Part shown: piece after piece, positions 25,062 through 35,600 of the stretch
How the letters are laid out: the number at the start of each line of letters is the position of its first letter
How positions within the stretch are numbered: position 1 is the stretch's first letter
IMG/VR virus record: IMGVR_UViG_3300012983_000037
Location: 1-64,000 of that record
Length of the DNA stretch: 64,000 nucleotides
Strand: one strand, 5' to 3'
Source: a virus
Taxonomy: Duplodnaviria > Caudoviricetes
Notes under the pieces: generated by a model
Told to the model about the DNA's origin: nothing
Database searches by the model: none
Seen by the model: only the letters and a program-made list of their open reading frames with translations
Program-made: the position numbers and the translations under genes

Positions 25062-25100
25062 AGTAGTGGGTAAGGGAAACCTTATCCACTATTCTTATTT
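25062..25100 (+). terminator. intrinsic terminator
   Basis: AGTAGTGGGTAAGG-gaaa-CCTTATCCACTATT followed by a T-rich tail. Confidence 0.75.
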
Positions 25101-25148
25101 ATATAATAAAGAAAATTTTAAGTACTACTTAATTTATCGTTAAACTTA

Positions 25149-25179
25149 TTGATTCTGTTTTTATTTTACCATATATTTG
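25149..25179 (+). promoter_or_regulatory. Bacteroidota promoter
   Basis: TTG 25149-25151, 20 nt spacer, TATATTTG 25172-25179. Confidence 0.8.
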
Positions 25180-25204
25180 CAAATATTTTAATAAAGGAGA
25201 TATT

Positions 25205-26356
25205 ATGGAAGATTTTGGAGAATTAAGCTTAGAAGCGATCTTGTCTGATGATGAGATTGCTGAACTTGAGCAATCAAATGAATTACAGGAAACTCCTCCT
25301 GAACAAAAGGAGAATAAGAAATCTAACAATAATATTAACACCGAGGATTTAACACTAGAAGATTTATTTGGTGGTGATAATCCAGAGAGCGTAGGTGGTG
25401 ATGAAGATAATAAAGGTAGTAAAGGGAACCCAGAATCCTCTGAAGCTGAGGAAAATACTTCTCCCGATTCAATCTACTCTTCCATTGCCGAAGCTTTGAT
25501 GGATGAGGGTTTCTTTTCTGACCTTACAGACGAAGTTAAGGAATGTAAGTCTGCTGCAGACTTAATGGAATTATTCAAGAAGCACAACCAATCATTACTT
25601 GATGAAGAGCAAAAGAGAATTTCTCAGGCTCTTAATGATGGTGTGCAGCCTTCTGCTATTAGTTCTATGGAGAAGACTATTAAGTACCTTGATAGTATTA
25701 CTAAAGAACATATCAAGGACGAGTCTGACAATGGAATTAAGCTAAGACAGCAGTTAATATACAATGATTATATTAACAAGGGCTTCTCACAGCAAAGAGC
25801 CGCTGACTTAGTTAAGAGAGCATTTGATAGTGGTACTGATGTTGAAGATGCTATTGAAGCTTTATCAAGTAACAAAGAGCACTTTAAAGGTAAGTATAAT
25901 ACTTTACTATCAGAGGCAAGAGCAGCTAAGCAAAAGGAAATTGACGAACTAAATGCTAGAAAGACAAATCTTAAGAAGAGTATTCTTGAAGAGAGTAAAG
26001 CATTTGGTGAGCTTGAAGTTGACAAGAAGACTAGGCAGAGAGTGTTTGAAGTTCTAACCAAGCCTTATTATAAGGATAAGGAAACTGGTGAATACATGTC
26101 AGAGATTGACAAGTATGAAATGGAACATCCTGATGAGTTTGATAAGTATATGGCATACTTCTATGTACTTACTGATGGATTCACTTCTCTTGGAAACTTA
26201 ACAAAGTCTGTAGAAAGAAAAGTAACAAAAGCTGGACTAAAAAAGTTGGAACAAGTAGTTAACAGCACCCAAAGAAACTCTGATGGAAGTCTGAGACTTG
26301 TAGGTGGTAATAGAGAAGATTCTTATTTCAACGGAGATGTGTCCATTGATTTATAA
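25205..26356 (+). CDS. putative capsid scaffolding protein
   Basis: Acidic disordered N-terminus, helical body, immediately upstream of the MCP gene. Confidence 0.7.
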   Translation: MEDFGELSLEAILSDDEIAELEQSNELQETPPEQKENKKSNNNINTEDLTLEDLFGGDNPESVGGDEDNKGSKGNPESSEAEENTSPDSIYSSIAEALMDEGFFSDLTDEVKECKSAADLMELFKKHNQSLLDEEQKRISQALNDGVQPSAISSMEKTIKYLDSITKEHIKDESDNGIKLRQQLIYNDYINKGFSQQRAADLVKRAFDSGTDVEDAIEALSSNKEHFKGKYNTLLSEARAAKQKEIDELNARKTNLKKSILEESKAFGELEVDKKTRQRVFEVLTKPYYKDKETGEYMSEIDKYEMEHPDEFDKYMAYFYVLTDGFTSLGNLTKSVERKVTKAGLKKLEQVVNSTQRNSDGSLRLVGGNREDSYFNGDVSIDL

Positions 26357-26376
26357 TAATTAATTAATACTAACTT

Positions 26377-27888
26377 ATGGTAAAGTTACAAAAATTTCAG
26401 ACTAAGACTTTTGAGGGTTGGGCTACAGAGATTACTAAGAGAAATCACATTGACAGTCTCTATGGCAAGAACCCACAAGGTGTTGCTAATTTTATGATTC
26501 AGCTCCTTGCTAGAAACTTTGGTAATTCACTTGAAACAGTACTTAGCAAGTACCCTACTAAAGAATTCGAGGATGATACTGAATTTTACTGGGATGTTAT
26601 TGGATCAGCAAGAAGGAACATTCCTCTTGTAGAGGCAAGAACAATGACTGGTGAGACTATTACTCCTGAATTTGAGGGTATGGTAGGTGCAGGTGGAGAG
26701 CAGTTCTACCTTGTATTTAATGAGCATTGGTTCTTTGATGGTGAGGAAATCTTTGGTGAACTCAATCATGTTTATCCAATGTTAATTAAGGGTAAGCCAA
26801 CTATGGAGGGTACTAAGTATGTATATCTTGTAGAGCTTGCTAATGGTTCTAGAAAGGGTATGCCTGCTGAGAGACTCCTTGCAGGTGAGAGATTCTCTTA
26901 TGCATTTGCTCCTGTAGAAAGAGGCCTTTCTAAGGAAGTTGGTGGTGTTAGATATACTACTCCTTCTAAGATGAGAAATGAGTTCTCTATGATTAGAATT
27001 CATGATGAGGCTTCTGGTGATGTTTACAACAAGAAGATTGCTATGGGTGTTCCTGTAACTGTTAATCAGAATGGTAAGCAGGTTAAGACTACTGTTAATA
27101 AGTGGATGCACCTTTGGGAGTATACATTTGAGCAGACTTGGAGAGAGTATAAGAATAACCTCTATGCATGGTCAGTTTCTAACAGAAACGAGAATGGTGA
27201 CTACATGAACTTTGGTAAGTCAGGTGAGGTTATTAGAAAGGGTGATGGTCTTTATGCACAGCTTGAGAGAGGTAATGTATTCTATTTCAATAAGTTCTCT
27301 CTTAAGTATCTTGAGAGCATTCTCTTAACTATTGCATCTACTAAGATGGAGTCTAATGAGAGATCATTCCTCATTAGAACAGGTAGCTGGGGTGCAGTTG
27401 ACTTCTCTAAGGCAGTAAAGGCTGAGGCTTCAGGTTGGACTATGTTTGACTACAATGGTGATAGCCTTGGTATAATTAAGAGAAATGGTGAGGGTACATA
27501 TACTGCAGTTAATCCACAGTTTACTGAGTATATTGGACCAATGAATATTAGAGTTAAGGTTGAGGTAGATGACTTCTACGATGATCCTGTAAATAACAAG
27601 ATTGATTTCCCAGGTGGTGAGGGTAAGGCTATGTCTCACAGAATGGATATCTTCTTTGAGGGATCTATGGGTCAGCCAAATATCTTCAAGTGTGGTATTA
27701 AGGGTCAGCCTACTGAGGGCAGAAGCTACAGATGGGGTATTAGAAACCCTTACACTGGACAGTGGGATAATCCTTACATGTCATTTACTGATGATAAGGC
27801 TGAGGTACACAGAATGGGACAGTTTGGTGTTTGTGTATTAGATCCAACTAGAACTGTTGCACTTATACCTTCAATTCTTAAGGCGTAA
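26377..27888 (+). CDS. major capsid protein (crAss-type HK97 fold)
   Basis: 503 aa; YWDVIGSARRNIPLVEAR, YMNFGKSG and GVCVLDPTRT match the phiCrAss001 MCP as recalled; strong high-expression codon bias. Confidence 0.92.
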   Translation: MVKLQKFQTKTFEGWATEITKRNHIDSLYGKNPQGVANFMIQLLARNFGNSLETVLSKYPTKEFEDDTEFYWDVIGSARRNIPLVEARTMTGETITPEFEGMVGAGGEQFYLVFNEHWFFDGEEIFGELNHVYPMLIKGKPTMEGTKYVYLVELANGSRKGMPAERLLAGERFSYAFAPVERGLSKEVGGVRYTTPSKMRNEFSMIRIHDEASGDVYNKKIAMGVPVTVNQNGKQVKTTVNKWMHLWEYTFEQTWREYKNNLYAWSVSNRNENGDYMNFGKSGEVIRKGDGLYAQLERGNVFYFNKFSLKYLESILLTIASTKMESNERSFLIRTGSWGAVDFSKAVKAEASGWTMFDYNGDSLGIIKRNGEGTYTAVNPQFTEYIGPMNIRVKVEVDDFYDDPVNNKIDFPGGEGKAMSHRMDIFFEGSMGQPNIFKCGIKGQPTEGRSYRWGIRNPYTGQWDNPYMSFTDDKAEVHRMGQFGVCVLDPTRTVALIPSILKA

Positions 27889-27894
27889 TTAAAT

Positions 27895-27933
27895 AAGGGG
27901 AGGAGAAATTAAAACCTCCTTCCCTTCTTTTTT
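27895..27933 (+). terminator. intrinsic terminator
   Basis: AAGGGGAGGAG...CTCCTTCCCTT followed by a T tract. Confidence 0.75.
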
Positions 27934-27951
27934 AAAGGGAGAAAAAAAAGT

Positions 27952-28914
27952 ATGGGAGATTTTGAAAATATAGATTTAGATTTAAGTGCTGAAGAGCCAG
28001 AGGTTCCTGTAAAGGTTACCAAAAAGACTACAAAGAAGTCTGTAGCAAAGGCAGTTGTTCATGATGAGGACGAGCTAATTAACTGTCTAAGAAATGAAAG
28101 GATAACTGTTAAATTTATTCCAAGAGAGAAGACTGGAATTACTGATAAGCATCACCCCTTTTATGGAGGTTTAGCAGATGGAGCTGTTATTACCCTTGTA
28201 CTACCTGTGTTAAGAAATGGTTCTTATAAGAACCCTCTTACAAGAGAGGAAAAGGATTTCCTTGAATACGCATTGGGTTTAGAAACTAATGCACTTTCAG
28301 TTCACAATGCTAAGGATAATTACTGGGAAAACTATCAGGTTAGACTCTCAAAGGAAGACTACATTCTTGATTTGTCAACCCCTAAGGGTTATATTGATTA
28401 TAAAGTTCTTTTAGCTAATACTGATTATGTAGCTCCTTCTATTGAGGACCTCAATAATAATGATAAGGAGACTTATAGATTTGTCCTTATTTCTGATAAG
28501 GAAGTTCTTGATACAACTTCAAGTAAGGTTAAATCAAAGGAGAGGTGTATGGAGCTATACTTAGCATATAAGGATGACTTAGATACTTTAAGATGTATTA
28601 TACAGACAGTTACAGGAAGACCTGTAGATCACAAAACTCAGTTAGATTTCCTCAAAGGAAAGTGTGCTGAACAGATTGAGTTGGATCCTATAAGATTCTT
28701 AAAGATTCTCGAAGACCCTTATTTGCCAGCAAAGGTAATTATAACAAGAGCTGTTGATGCTAATATTATTACTAAGAGAGGCACATGGCATTACTATGAG
28801 GGAACTCCTATGTGTGACAACAATGAGGAGCCTACCTTTACAATAGCTGCTAAGTATCTTGCTAATAAGAAGAATCAAGAAATAAAATTCAGCATTGAAA
28901 ACAAATTAAAATAA
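27952..28914 (+). CDS. conserved Crassvirales protein downstream of MCP
   Basis: Synteny; LDLSTP..YIDYKVLLAN motif. Confidence 0.7.
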   Translation: MGDFENIDLDLSAEEPEVPVKVTKKTTKKSVAKAVVHDEDELINCLRNERITVKFIPREKTGITDKHHPFYGGLADGAVITLVLPVLRNGSYKNPLTREEKDFLEYALGLETNALSVHNAKDNYWENYQVRLSKEDYILDLSTPKGYIDYKVLLANTDYVAPSIEDLNNNDKETYRFVLISDKEVLDTTSSKVKSKERCMELYLAYKDDLDTLRCIIQTVTGRPVDHKTQLDFLKGKCAEQIELDPIRFLKILEDPYLPAKVIITRAVDANIITKRGTWHYYEGTPMCDNNEEPTFTIAAKYLANKKNQEIKFSIENKLK

Positions 28915-28915
28915 T

Positions 28916-29602
28916 ATGACTTTAGAAGAATTTAGCTTAGAGTTTGATATTCTATATAATAATATTACATCTAATCAAGCTCCTGGATTAAGTGAACTAG
29001 AGAAGAGTATATTCTTAACACAGGCTCAAGAAGCTATTGTAAAGCAATATTATAAGGGTAATTTAGAACAGTCTTTTGAAAACACTGAAGAAGTTACAGA
29101 GTATTTAAACACTCTTGTATCTCAAAAGAAGTATCTTGAAAAGGATAAAATTGCTAACAGTCCATCAATACTTCTCAGTAGTAAACATTACAGTTCAGTA
29201 TTTAATCTTCCAGATGATGTAATGTTTATTACTTATGAGTCCGCTTCAGTTTATACAAAAACTGGATCTCTTGTACCTTCTGCTACTAAAGCAGTTTTAG
29301 TAGTGCCTACTACTCAAGATGAATTCTTCAATATTCATAAAAATCCTTTTAGAGGCCCTAGTAAAAATAGAGCAGTTAGATTAATTGCAGGAGATAAGAT
29401 TGAGGTTATATCAGCTAATCCTATTAAAGAATATCTTGTAAGGTACATAAGGCTTCCTAAGCCTATAGTTCTTCCAGGTGCTGATGAGATAAAGCCTTAT
29501 AGTGAATACTCTGATGGTTTAAATACTGAATTACCAGAGTCAGTTCATAGAAACATTTTAATGCAAGCAGTAGCTTTAGCAAAAGCTTCATGGGCTTCAT
29601 AA
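28916..29602 (+). CDS. tail ring protein
   Basis: EFDILYNNITSNQAPGL..EKSIFLTQAQE, NPFRGP, YLVRYIRLP.PI, ELPESVH..I...AV. Confidence 0.75.
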   Translation: MTLEEFSLEFDILYNNITSNQAPGLSELEKSIFLTQAQEAIVKQYYKGNLEQSFENTEEVTEYLNTLVSQKKYLEKDKIANSPSILLSSKHYSSVFNLPDDVMFITYESASVYTKTGSLVPSATKAVLVVPTTQDEFFNIHKNPFRGPSKNRAVRLIAGDKIEVISANPIKEYLVRYIRLPKPIVLPGADEIKPYSEYSDGLNTELPESVHRNILMQAVALAKASWAS

Positions 29603-29635
29603 AACATATATAACAATTTTAATATTAAATAAGTT

Positions 29636-30616
29636 ATGAATTTTTCAACAAATCAAGTAATGCAGCTGTTTGTACTAGGAGAGAATGAAGCAGCTGAAGT
29701 AAAGAAGGTTATAGTTCCTGGTGGTAACCCAGAAAACTTTGATGATGTAAAGGGATTCCTTATTCAGGTTCTTAATGAAGAGGGTGAAGTTATTGATGTA
29801 ACTGACTTTATAGAGAAGGCTAACATTCTCTCAATTACAGAGTCAGCTGCTAGGGATAATGTTCTCTATAGAAAGGGACTTCCTGTAGCTCTTAGCTCTG
29901 AGGTTAATGGTGGTAAGCCAGTAAAGGGTGAGGAGTATGTAATGACTCTTGTATACAGAGGCTTCGGAGAGGAAGATACTTATTCTAAGGTATTTTCAGC
30001 AAAGGCTACTGATGAAAACCCTGCAACACTTCTTAAGGCACTAGCTAAGAATATGTTAGCTAACCTTGATGTAGAGTATTCACCTCTTTATGAGCTTTAC
30101 ACAGGTGAGGGTGTAAAGATCACTATGGCTAATTATGAGACTGCTGTAACTGCAGAGGGATTCTGTATTGTAGAACCAGTTCCTTATTGGTCACTTGGTA
30201 GATTTGCAGAGACTCTGATGACTATTGATGTGCATACTGCACCAATAACTCTTGATGGAGAGGATGAAAATGCTTGGTTAGCATATTATAAGTTTATGCC
30301 TCTTCAAGGAGAGATTGTAGAAGGCCTTCCTAACTCAAAGAGAATTGCAGACCTTGAGTATTTCTGCAAGGGTGAGAGAGGTACTTCTAATGCTCTTGTT
30401 GGATGGCCTGATACTCCTGATTATGTAGCTAAGGTTAACCCTAAGTCTGCTAATGGATATGATATCCTTACTATTCACTATGCTTATGTAGGACCTAATG
30501 CTTCTAATCAGAAGAGCGAGAAGGATCTTATCTTTGTATCAGAGGCAGGATCAAATGTAGAACAGGGTCTTAACTATATTAAGACTATGATTACAACTGG
30601 ACAGACTCCTAACTAA
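29636..30616 (+). CDS. auxiliary capsid protein
   Basis: FSTNQV..LFV, IADLEYFCKGERG, IHYAYVG..QKSEKD; same codon bias as MCP. Confidence 0.7.
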   Translation: MNFSTNQVMQLFVLGENEAAEVKKVIVPGGNPENFDDVKGFLIQVLNEEGEVIDVTDFIEKANILSITESAARDNVLYRKGLPVALSSEVNGGKPVKGEEYVMTLVYRGFGEEDTYSKVFSAKATDENPATLLKALAKNMLANLDVEYSPLYELYTGEGVKITMANYETAVTAEGFCIVEPVPYWSLGRFAETLMTIDVHTAPITLDGEDENAWLAYYKFMPLQGEIVEGLPNSKRIADLEYFCKGERGTSNALVGWPDTPDYVAKVNPKSANGYDILTIHYAYVGPNASNQKSEKDLIFVSEAGSNVEQGLNYIKTMITTGQTPN

Positions 30617-30654
30617 TCAGCATAATAATTTATTCTACATAAATTAATTGTTTA

Positions 30655-30709
30655 AATTCTTGTTAGTTTAAGATATTATATATATCTTTGCTAGCAAGAA
30701 TTTTTTTTT
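30655..30709 (+). promoter_or_regulatory. promoter embedded in a terminator-like inverted repeat
   Basis: TTG 30660-30662 and TATCTTTG 30683-30690 lie inside AATTCTTGTTAG...CTAGCAAGAATT followed by a T run. Confidence 0.7.
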
Positions 30710-30725
30710 ATTTAATAGTACTGTT

Positions 30726-31496
30726 ATGTCAAAAGTTTCAGAATTAGTTTCAATGGTTGTCGATTTAGTAAAGATAATGAGTGATGACTCTACTATCAAT
30801 GAGAACCATGTAATGTATTTATTGGGAGTATATAGAGCATTCCTTCTTAAACAAAGATATGAGAAGGACCCTAGAAGAACTATACCAGAGTCTAACTATC
30901 AAGTTAAGACTTTATCTTTTACAACAAAAGATTACCAACACGATGTAGATGTTTGCTCTAAAGGATGTTATACAGATGAAGAAGGAAATGAGGTTTGTGA
31001 TTGCTCATTAACTTCTGAAAAAATTTTAGTAAGTACTTCAGAACTTCCTACTATTATAAGTTTAGGTATTCCAAGAATGTATACAAATAGTGGACCTTTT
31101 AATTATACATTTACTAAAGTACCAATGTCTAGATTTGAAGTAGTTGGTAATAATAAGTGGTTGTCTAAATTTATATATTGGACAATAGGTCCTGATAATA
31201 AAATATACATTAAATCAGGAAGTAATACTTGTGCTTTAAAACTAACATCAGCAAATATAATGGCTATATTTGAAGATTGTTCAGATTTAGAAGAGGAGGA
31301 TAATTTCCCTATAGAAGAGGCTTTAATTCCTAATTTATTAGAGCTAGTGGTTAAAGATATTCTTGGATCTACATTAAGACCTAAAGATAGAGATAATAAT
31401 GCATCTGATGACCTTGCTAATATTGCTGCATTTGTAAGACAGAATATGAAGGATAGGTATGTAAAGGATACTCAAACAACTGCTAAGGATGCTTAG
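30726..31496 (+). CDS. tail ring protein
   Basis: MSDDS...YRAFLLKQRY, FPIEEALIP.L.ELVVK, PKD..NNASDDL; synteny. Confidence 0.7.
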   Translation: MSKVSELVSMVVDLVKIMSDDSTINENHVMYLLGVYRAFLLKQRYEKDPRRTIPESNYQVKTLSFTTKDYQHDVDVCSKGCYTDEEGNEVCDCSLTSEKILVSTSELPTIISLGIPRMYTNSGPFNYTFTKVPMSRFEVVGNNKWLSKFIYWTIGPDNKIYIKSGSNTCALKLTSANIMAIFEDCSDLEEEDNFPIEEALIPNLLELVVKDILGSTLRPKDRDNNASDDLANIAAFVRQNMKDRYVKDTQTTAKDA

Positions 31497-32004
31497 AGAT
31501 TTTAAGACATCAATAAAAAGATCTAATACTAAGAAAGAACATAAGATAACAGCCTCTCTTGGAATGAGAGAGGCTTTTAGATACTACACTAAAAAATCCA
31601 AATCTCTTAGTGAAAAAGATTTTAGAAGAGTTATTAGATATATTAACAGTATTCTACAAGAGTCCTTAGCATTAGGAGAAGATATAAATCTTCCTTGTAG
31701 AATGGGAAGACTTGAACTTAGGAAGTTTAAAACATCTGTCTCTTTTAAAGATGGTAAAATGATAACTAACCTTCCTATAGATTGGGATGAGACATTAAAT
31801 CTTTGGTATGAGGATAAGGAATCCTTCAAAGAAAAAAGAAAAGTAAGAATGGAAGTACCTGAAGTATTTAGAGTATACTATAAGAAAAGTACTGCTAATT
31901 ATAATAACAAATCATTCTTTACTTTTAAGGTTAATAGGGATTTAAAACAGAAGTTAAAAACAAATATAATTAATAAAAAGGTAGATGCCTTTCTAGTAAA
32001 TTAA
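31489..32004 (+). CDS. IHF-like DNA-binding protein
   Basis: GEDINLPCRMGRLELRK...F.F..NR.LK; typical position in the crAss tail module. Confidence 0.7.
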   Translation: MLRDFKTSIKRSNTKKEHKITASLGMREAFRYYTKKSKSLSEKDFRRVIRYINSILQESLALGEDINLPCRMGRLELRKFKTSVSFKDGKMITNLPIDWDETLNLWYEDKESFKEKRKVRMEVPEVFRVYYKKSTANYNNKSFFTFKVNRDLKQKLKTNIINKKVDAFLVN

Positions 32005-32005
32005 T

Positions 32006-32689
32006 ATGGAACATAGATCTATAAACATAAAACAATTAATAGATAAGGTAAGAAGACATCCTATGATGGCTGACTTATCTATGGAAGCTATAGTTGATTA
32101 TGCTGTAGACTTCCTTCAAATAGTTGGACTTCCAACAGCATTTATGGAGAATACTGCAGTAGTTGAAATCAAAAACTATAAAGGTGAATTACCTAGTGAC
32201 TATATGGAGATGGTTCAGGTTAGAACTACTACTAATCCAGTAGTGTATTATAGATATACATCTGATACATTCCATAAGAGTAGTAATAAAGTCCACTCAG
32301 CACCTTATACTTATAAGGTTCAAGGTAATTACATTTTTACATCTGAGAAGGATACTACCATAGAAATAGCTTACTTAGCTATAGAAACTGATGAATGTGG
32401 ATTACCTGTACTTCCAGATAATGCTAAATTTATAAGGGCTATAGAAGCTTATATTAAGTATAAGCATTTCACAGTATTATTTGATTGTGGTAAAATTACA
32501 GGTAATATTTTAGAAAAAGCAGACCAGGAGTATTGTTGGGCAGTAGGTGCTTGTCAATCAGAGTTTAATAGACTTACTCTAGATAAAGCAGAAACAGTGC
32601 TTAATATACTTAATAATATATTCTCCCCTACAGACTTACACAGCAATGGTTATGCTAATATGGGAGATAAAGTAATCATAAGGAGGTAA
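32006..32689 (+). CDS. tail tubular/ring protein (portal adaptor type)
   Basis: IEIAYLAIETDECGLPVLPDN...AIEAYIK; immediately before the muzzle gene. Confidence 0.75.
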   Translation: MEHRSINIKQLIDKVRRHPMMADLSMEAIVDYAVDFLQIVGLPTAFMENTAVVEIKNYKGELPSDYMEMVQVRTTTNPVVYYRYTSDTFHKSSNKVHSAPYTYKVQGNYIFTSEKDTTIEIAYLAIETDECGLPVLPDNAKFIRAIEAYIKYKHFTVLFDCGKITGNILEKADQEYCWAVGACQSEFNRLTLDKAETVLNILNNIFSPTDLHSNGYANMGDKVIIRR

Positions 32690-32691
32690 TT

Positions 32692-35600
32692 ATGGCTTTT
32701 GAAGTTAAAGAATTTACAAACCTAGGAATGGATAAAGACTCTGTTATTAGTAAAGCAGAGCACACATTTGCGTTTGATAACTACAATATAAGATTGTCAG
32801 CATCAAATGATAGTACTGTGCTGTCTGTAACTAATGAGAGAGGACCTAAGCCTTTAGACACTCTTGTAACAAAGAAGTTAAAGAGGAATAAAATTACATT
32901 ATCTAAAAATGGAGACTCTATAGATGTAAGAATAGAATACCCAGTACAGTCAAATGTATATGTAATACATTATGTGAATGGTGAGAGGAACTATGGAATG
33001 CTACCTAAAGGAACTACTTGGACACATTGGCCATCTGGATATGAGAGTAATGATGAGTATGAAATAAATGCGGCATATGTAAGTTTAAATTCTATAGATG
33101 AGTTTGAATACATTAGTGATGATTACTTTATATATTATACTAATCTTGTAGATGCTCCTACTGATACAGAAGGTCATGTAGGTATTTTAGGTAATTATGC
33201 AGGTCATTGTATTGCTGGAAAATATCTAGTTCTATTTACACACGATAGAAATGATATAAACTATATATATAGACTAGAGGTAGGCAGTAATGGGTGTAGT
33301 GGAGTATTATTATATCAAGGTAAATTAAATATAAAACCCCACAATGAAATAGAAACATTATATTATTATGAATCAGAGGATATCCAAAAGGTATATTGGG
33401 TAGATAGTGATAACCCTCCTAGAGTCATAAATATAATGGCTGAAAATAACTACAATAGATTAGATACGCAATTTGACTTTACACCTACTGTTAACAAGCT
33501 ACCTAAAGTAAAAATTAAAAAAGACTATAACGGTATAGGATTATTTCCAAGTGGAACTATTCAATATTTTGTATCGTACTATAATAAACATGGTGCAGAG
33601 ACTGGTATAGTATTTAGTTCTGCATTACAATATCTATCTTACGAAGATAGAGGAGCTAAGGCTGATGAAGTAGTTACTTGTAGTTTTGATATTAGCATAT
33701 CAAATATAGATACATCATTTGATTATATAAGAGTATATTCAGCTAAAAGAACATCTAAGAATGGTCCTATAGAGCTTAATATAGTAGCAGATGCACAAAT
33801 ATCAGATGATAAAGTAACTGTGGTTGATAATAATATATCCCAAGAAACTATAGATCCAAATATTTTATATTTTATAGGAGGAACATCATTCATCGCTGGA
33901 ACTCTAACACAGAAGAATGATACTTTATTTATGGGAGATATAAAGCTTGTAGAAAGTGCTTTAGATCCAAAAATAAAAGAGGAAATTAATAGAACTCTTA
34001 TATCTAAAATAGATGATTTTTACGAGGCAAATGGAATAAATTTCGTATACAAGTGTTTTACAGGACCTAAATTAGAGAGTGAGTATGACCACAGCCAGCA
34101 GATAAATTACTCTAGTAGAATGTTTAAGACATTCAAAAGAGGTGAGATTTATAGATTTGCCATTCAATTTTTATCTAAAACAGGTAAGTGGACAACTCCT
34201 ATATGGATAGGAGATAAGAAGTGTACTTTGTACCCACAATATACTAGTAGCTATAACCAGATTAATGTACCTGATGTAGAATTTACACTTCCTGATAATA
34301 TTCAAGAAGTAGTTAAAGATACATTCTTGAGTTACAGAATTCTAATGGCTGAAACAAACTACACCAATAGAAGTATAGTAGCCCAGGGAGTAGTATGCCC
34401 TACCATGTTTAATTATGAAGAGAGGTTTAATAACAAACCATACTCTATTGCATCTTGGGTCATGAGACCTAGAGGAGGTAATGCTTCTTGGGAACACTTA
34501 AGTGATACTGGAATTAATTCAAGTGCTAATTCTGAAATTCAATGTTTAGACAAATCAACACCTCCGATTGTAGATACTAATTCTACAAATTCTATAGGAG
34601 ATGCTATTTTAATATGTGTAGGATTATCTAAGTATAAGAAGATTCAGATTGCGGTATATGCAACATCTTATGTAGAAAATTATACATCACAGGATTTATT
34701 ATCTCTTAGGGATGGTGCAAAAAATATAAAGTGGGTAGATGAGAATAATAATACTTGGAATCAATGCTATAACACATTATTTAATGTGTTTGTAACATTA
34801 GGTTTAAACATGAATTCTTATATGGAAGAGAAAAATTTCCTAGGAAGAACTCCCACACACTCTAATCCATCAGGTGGAATAGATGAATCATTTAATGATG
34901 CATTTGGTGTAGAAGGTGATGTAAGTAGATTTCATTTTTATATACCAAAGACAGCTATTAAAGATACTGCTTTCGATGTGTATAAAAAACAGAGTAATTA
35001 CTATGTAGATGGTTCTATAGTAACATTTAATTCTCCTGAACTTGAAGATGTTCAAGATTTAGTAGATTATGCTAATTTATCATTTAGAATAGTTGGAATA
35101 GTTCCTATTACAGGTAGTTTTAGTAATGCTTCACTATCTACAAGTACAGTAGGTATATCTCCTTATGCAAGAGTTACTGTAAAAAGTAAAAGTTATCCAA
35201 ACTTTAAGGGTAGACCTGAGACTTTAATTACTGGAGATTTCTATAGTGATTTTGCATGGACTAAGGGACATCCAAATGATTTAAAAGATTTTATATATGC
35301 ATCAGGAGATACAGTGGCATATAGGGTGCATATGTGGAATAAAGAAGGTTCAATTATTGGGCAAAACCAGAATACTTTTATATTAGATGGAGAAAATAAG
35401 AAACCATTTGATACAGTAAAAGCTGAACTTAAAGATAAACTCTTTGCTACACAAAGATATTCATATGCTACTGAATATTTAGAAGATAAATTTATATGGT
35501 CATCTGGAGCATCTAGAGTAGTATTATTTAATAGTGATGAAGTTACTTTAAAAAATATAGATAGTATACAAGGTAGCCTTTATTATCAAGGAAATTATGA

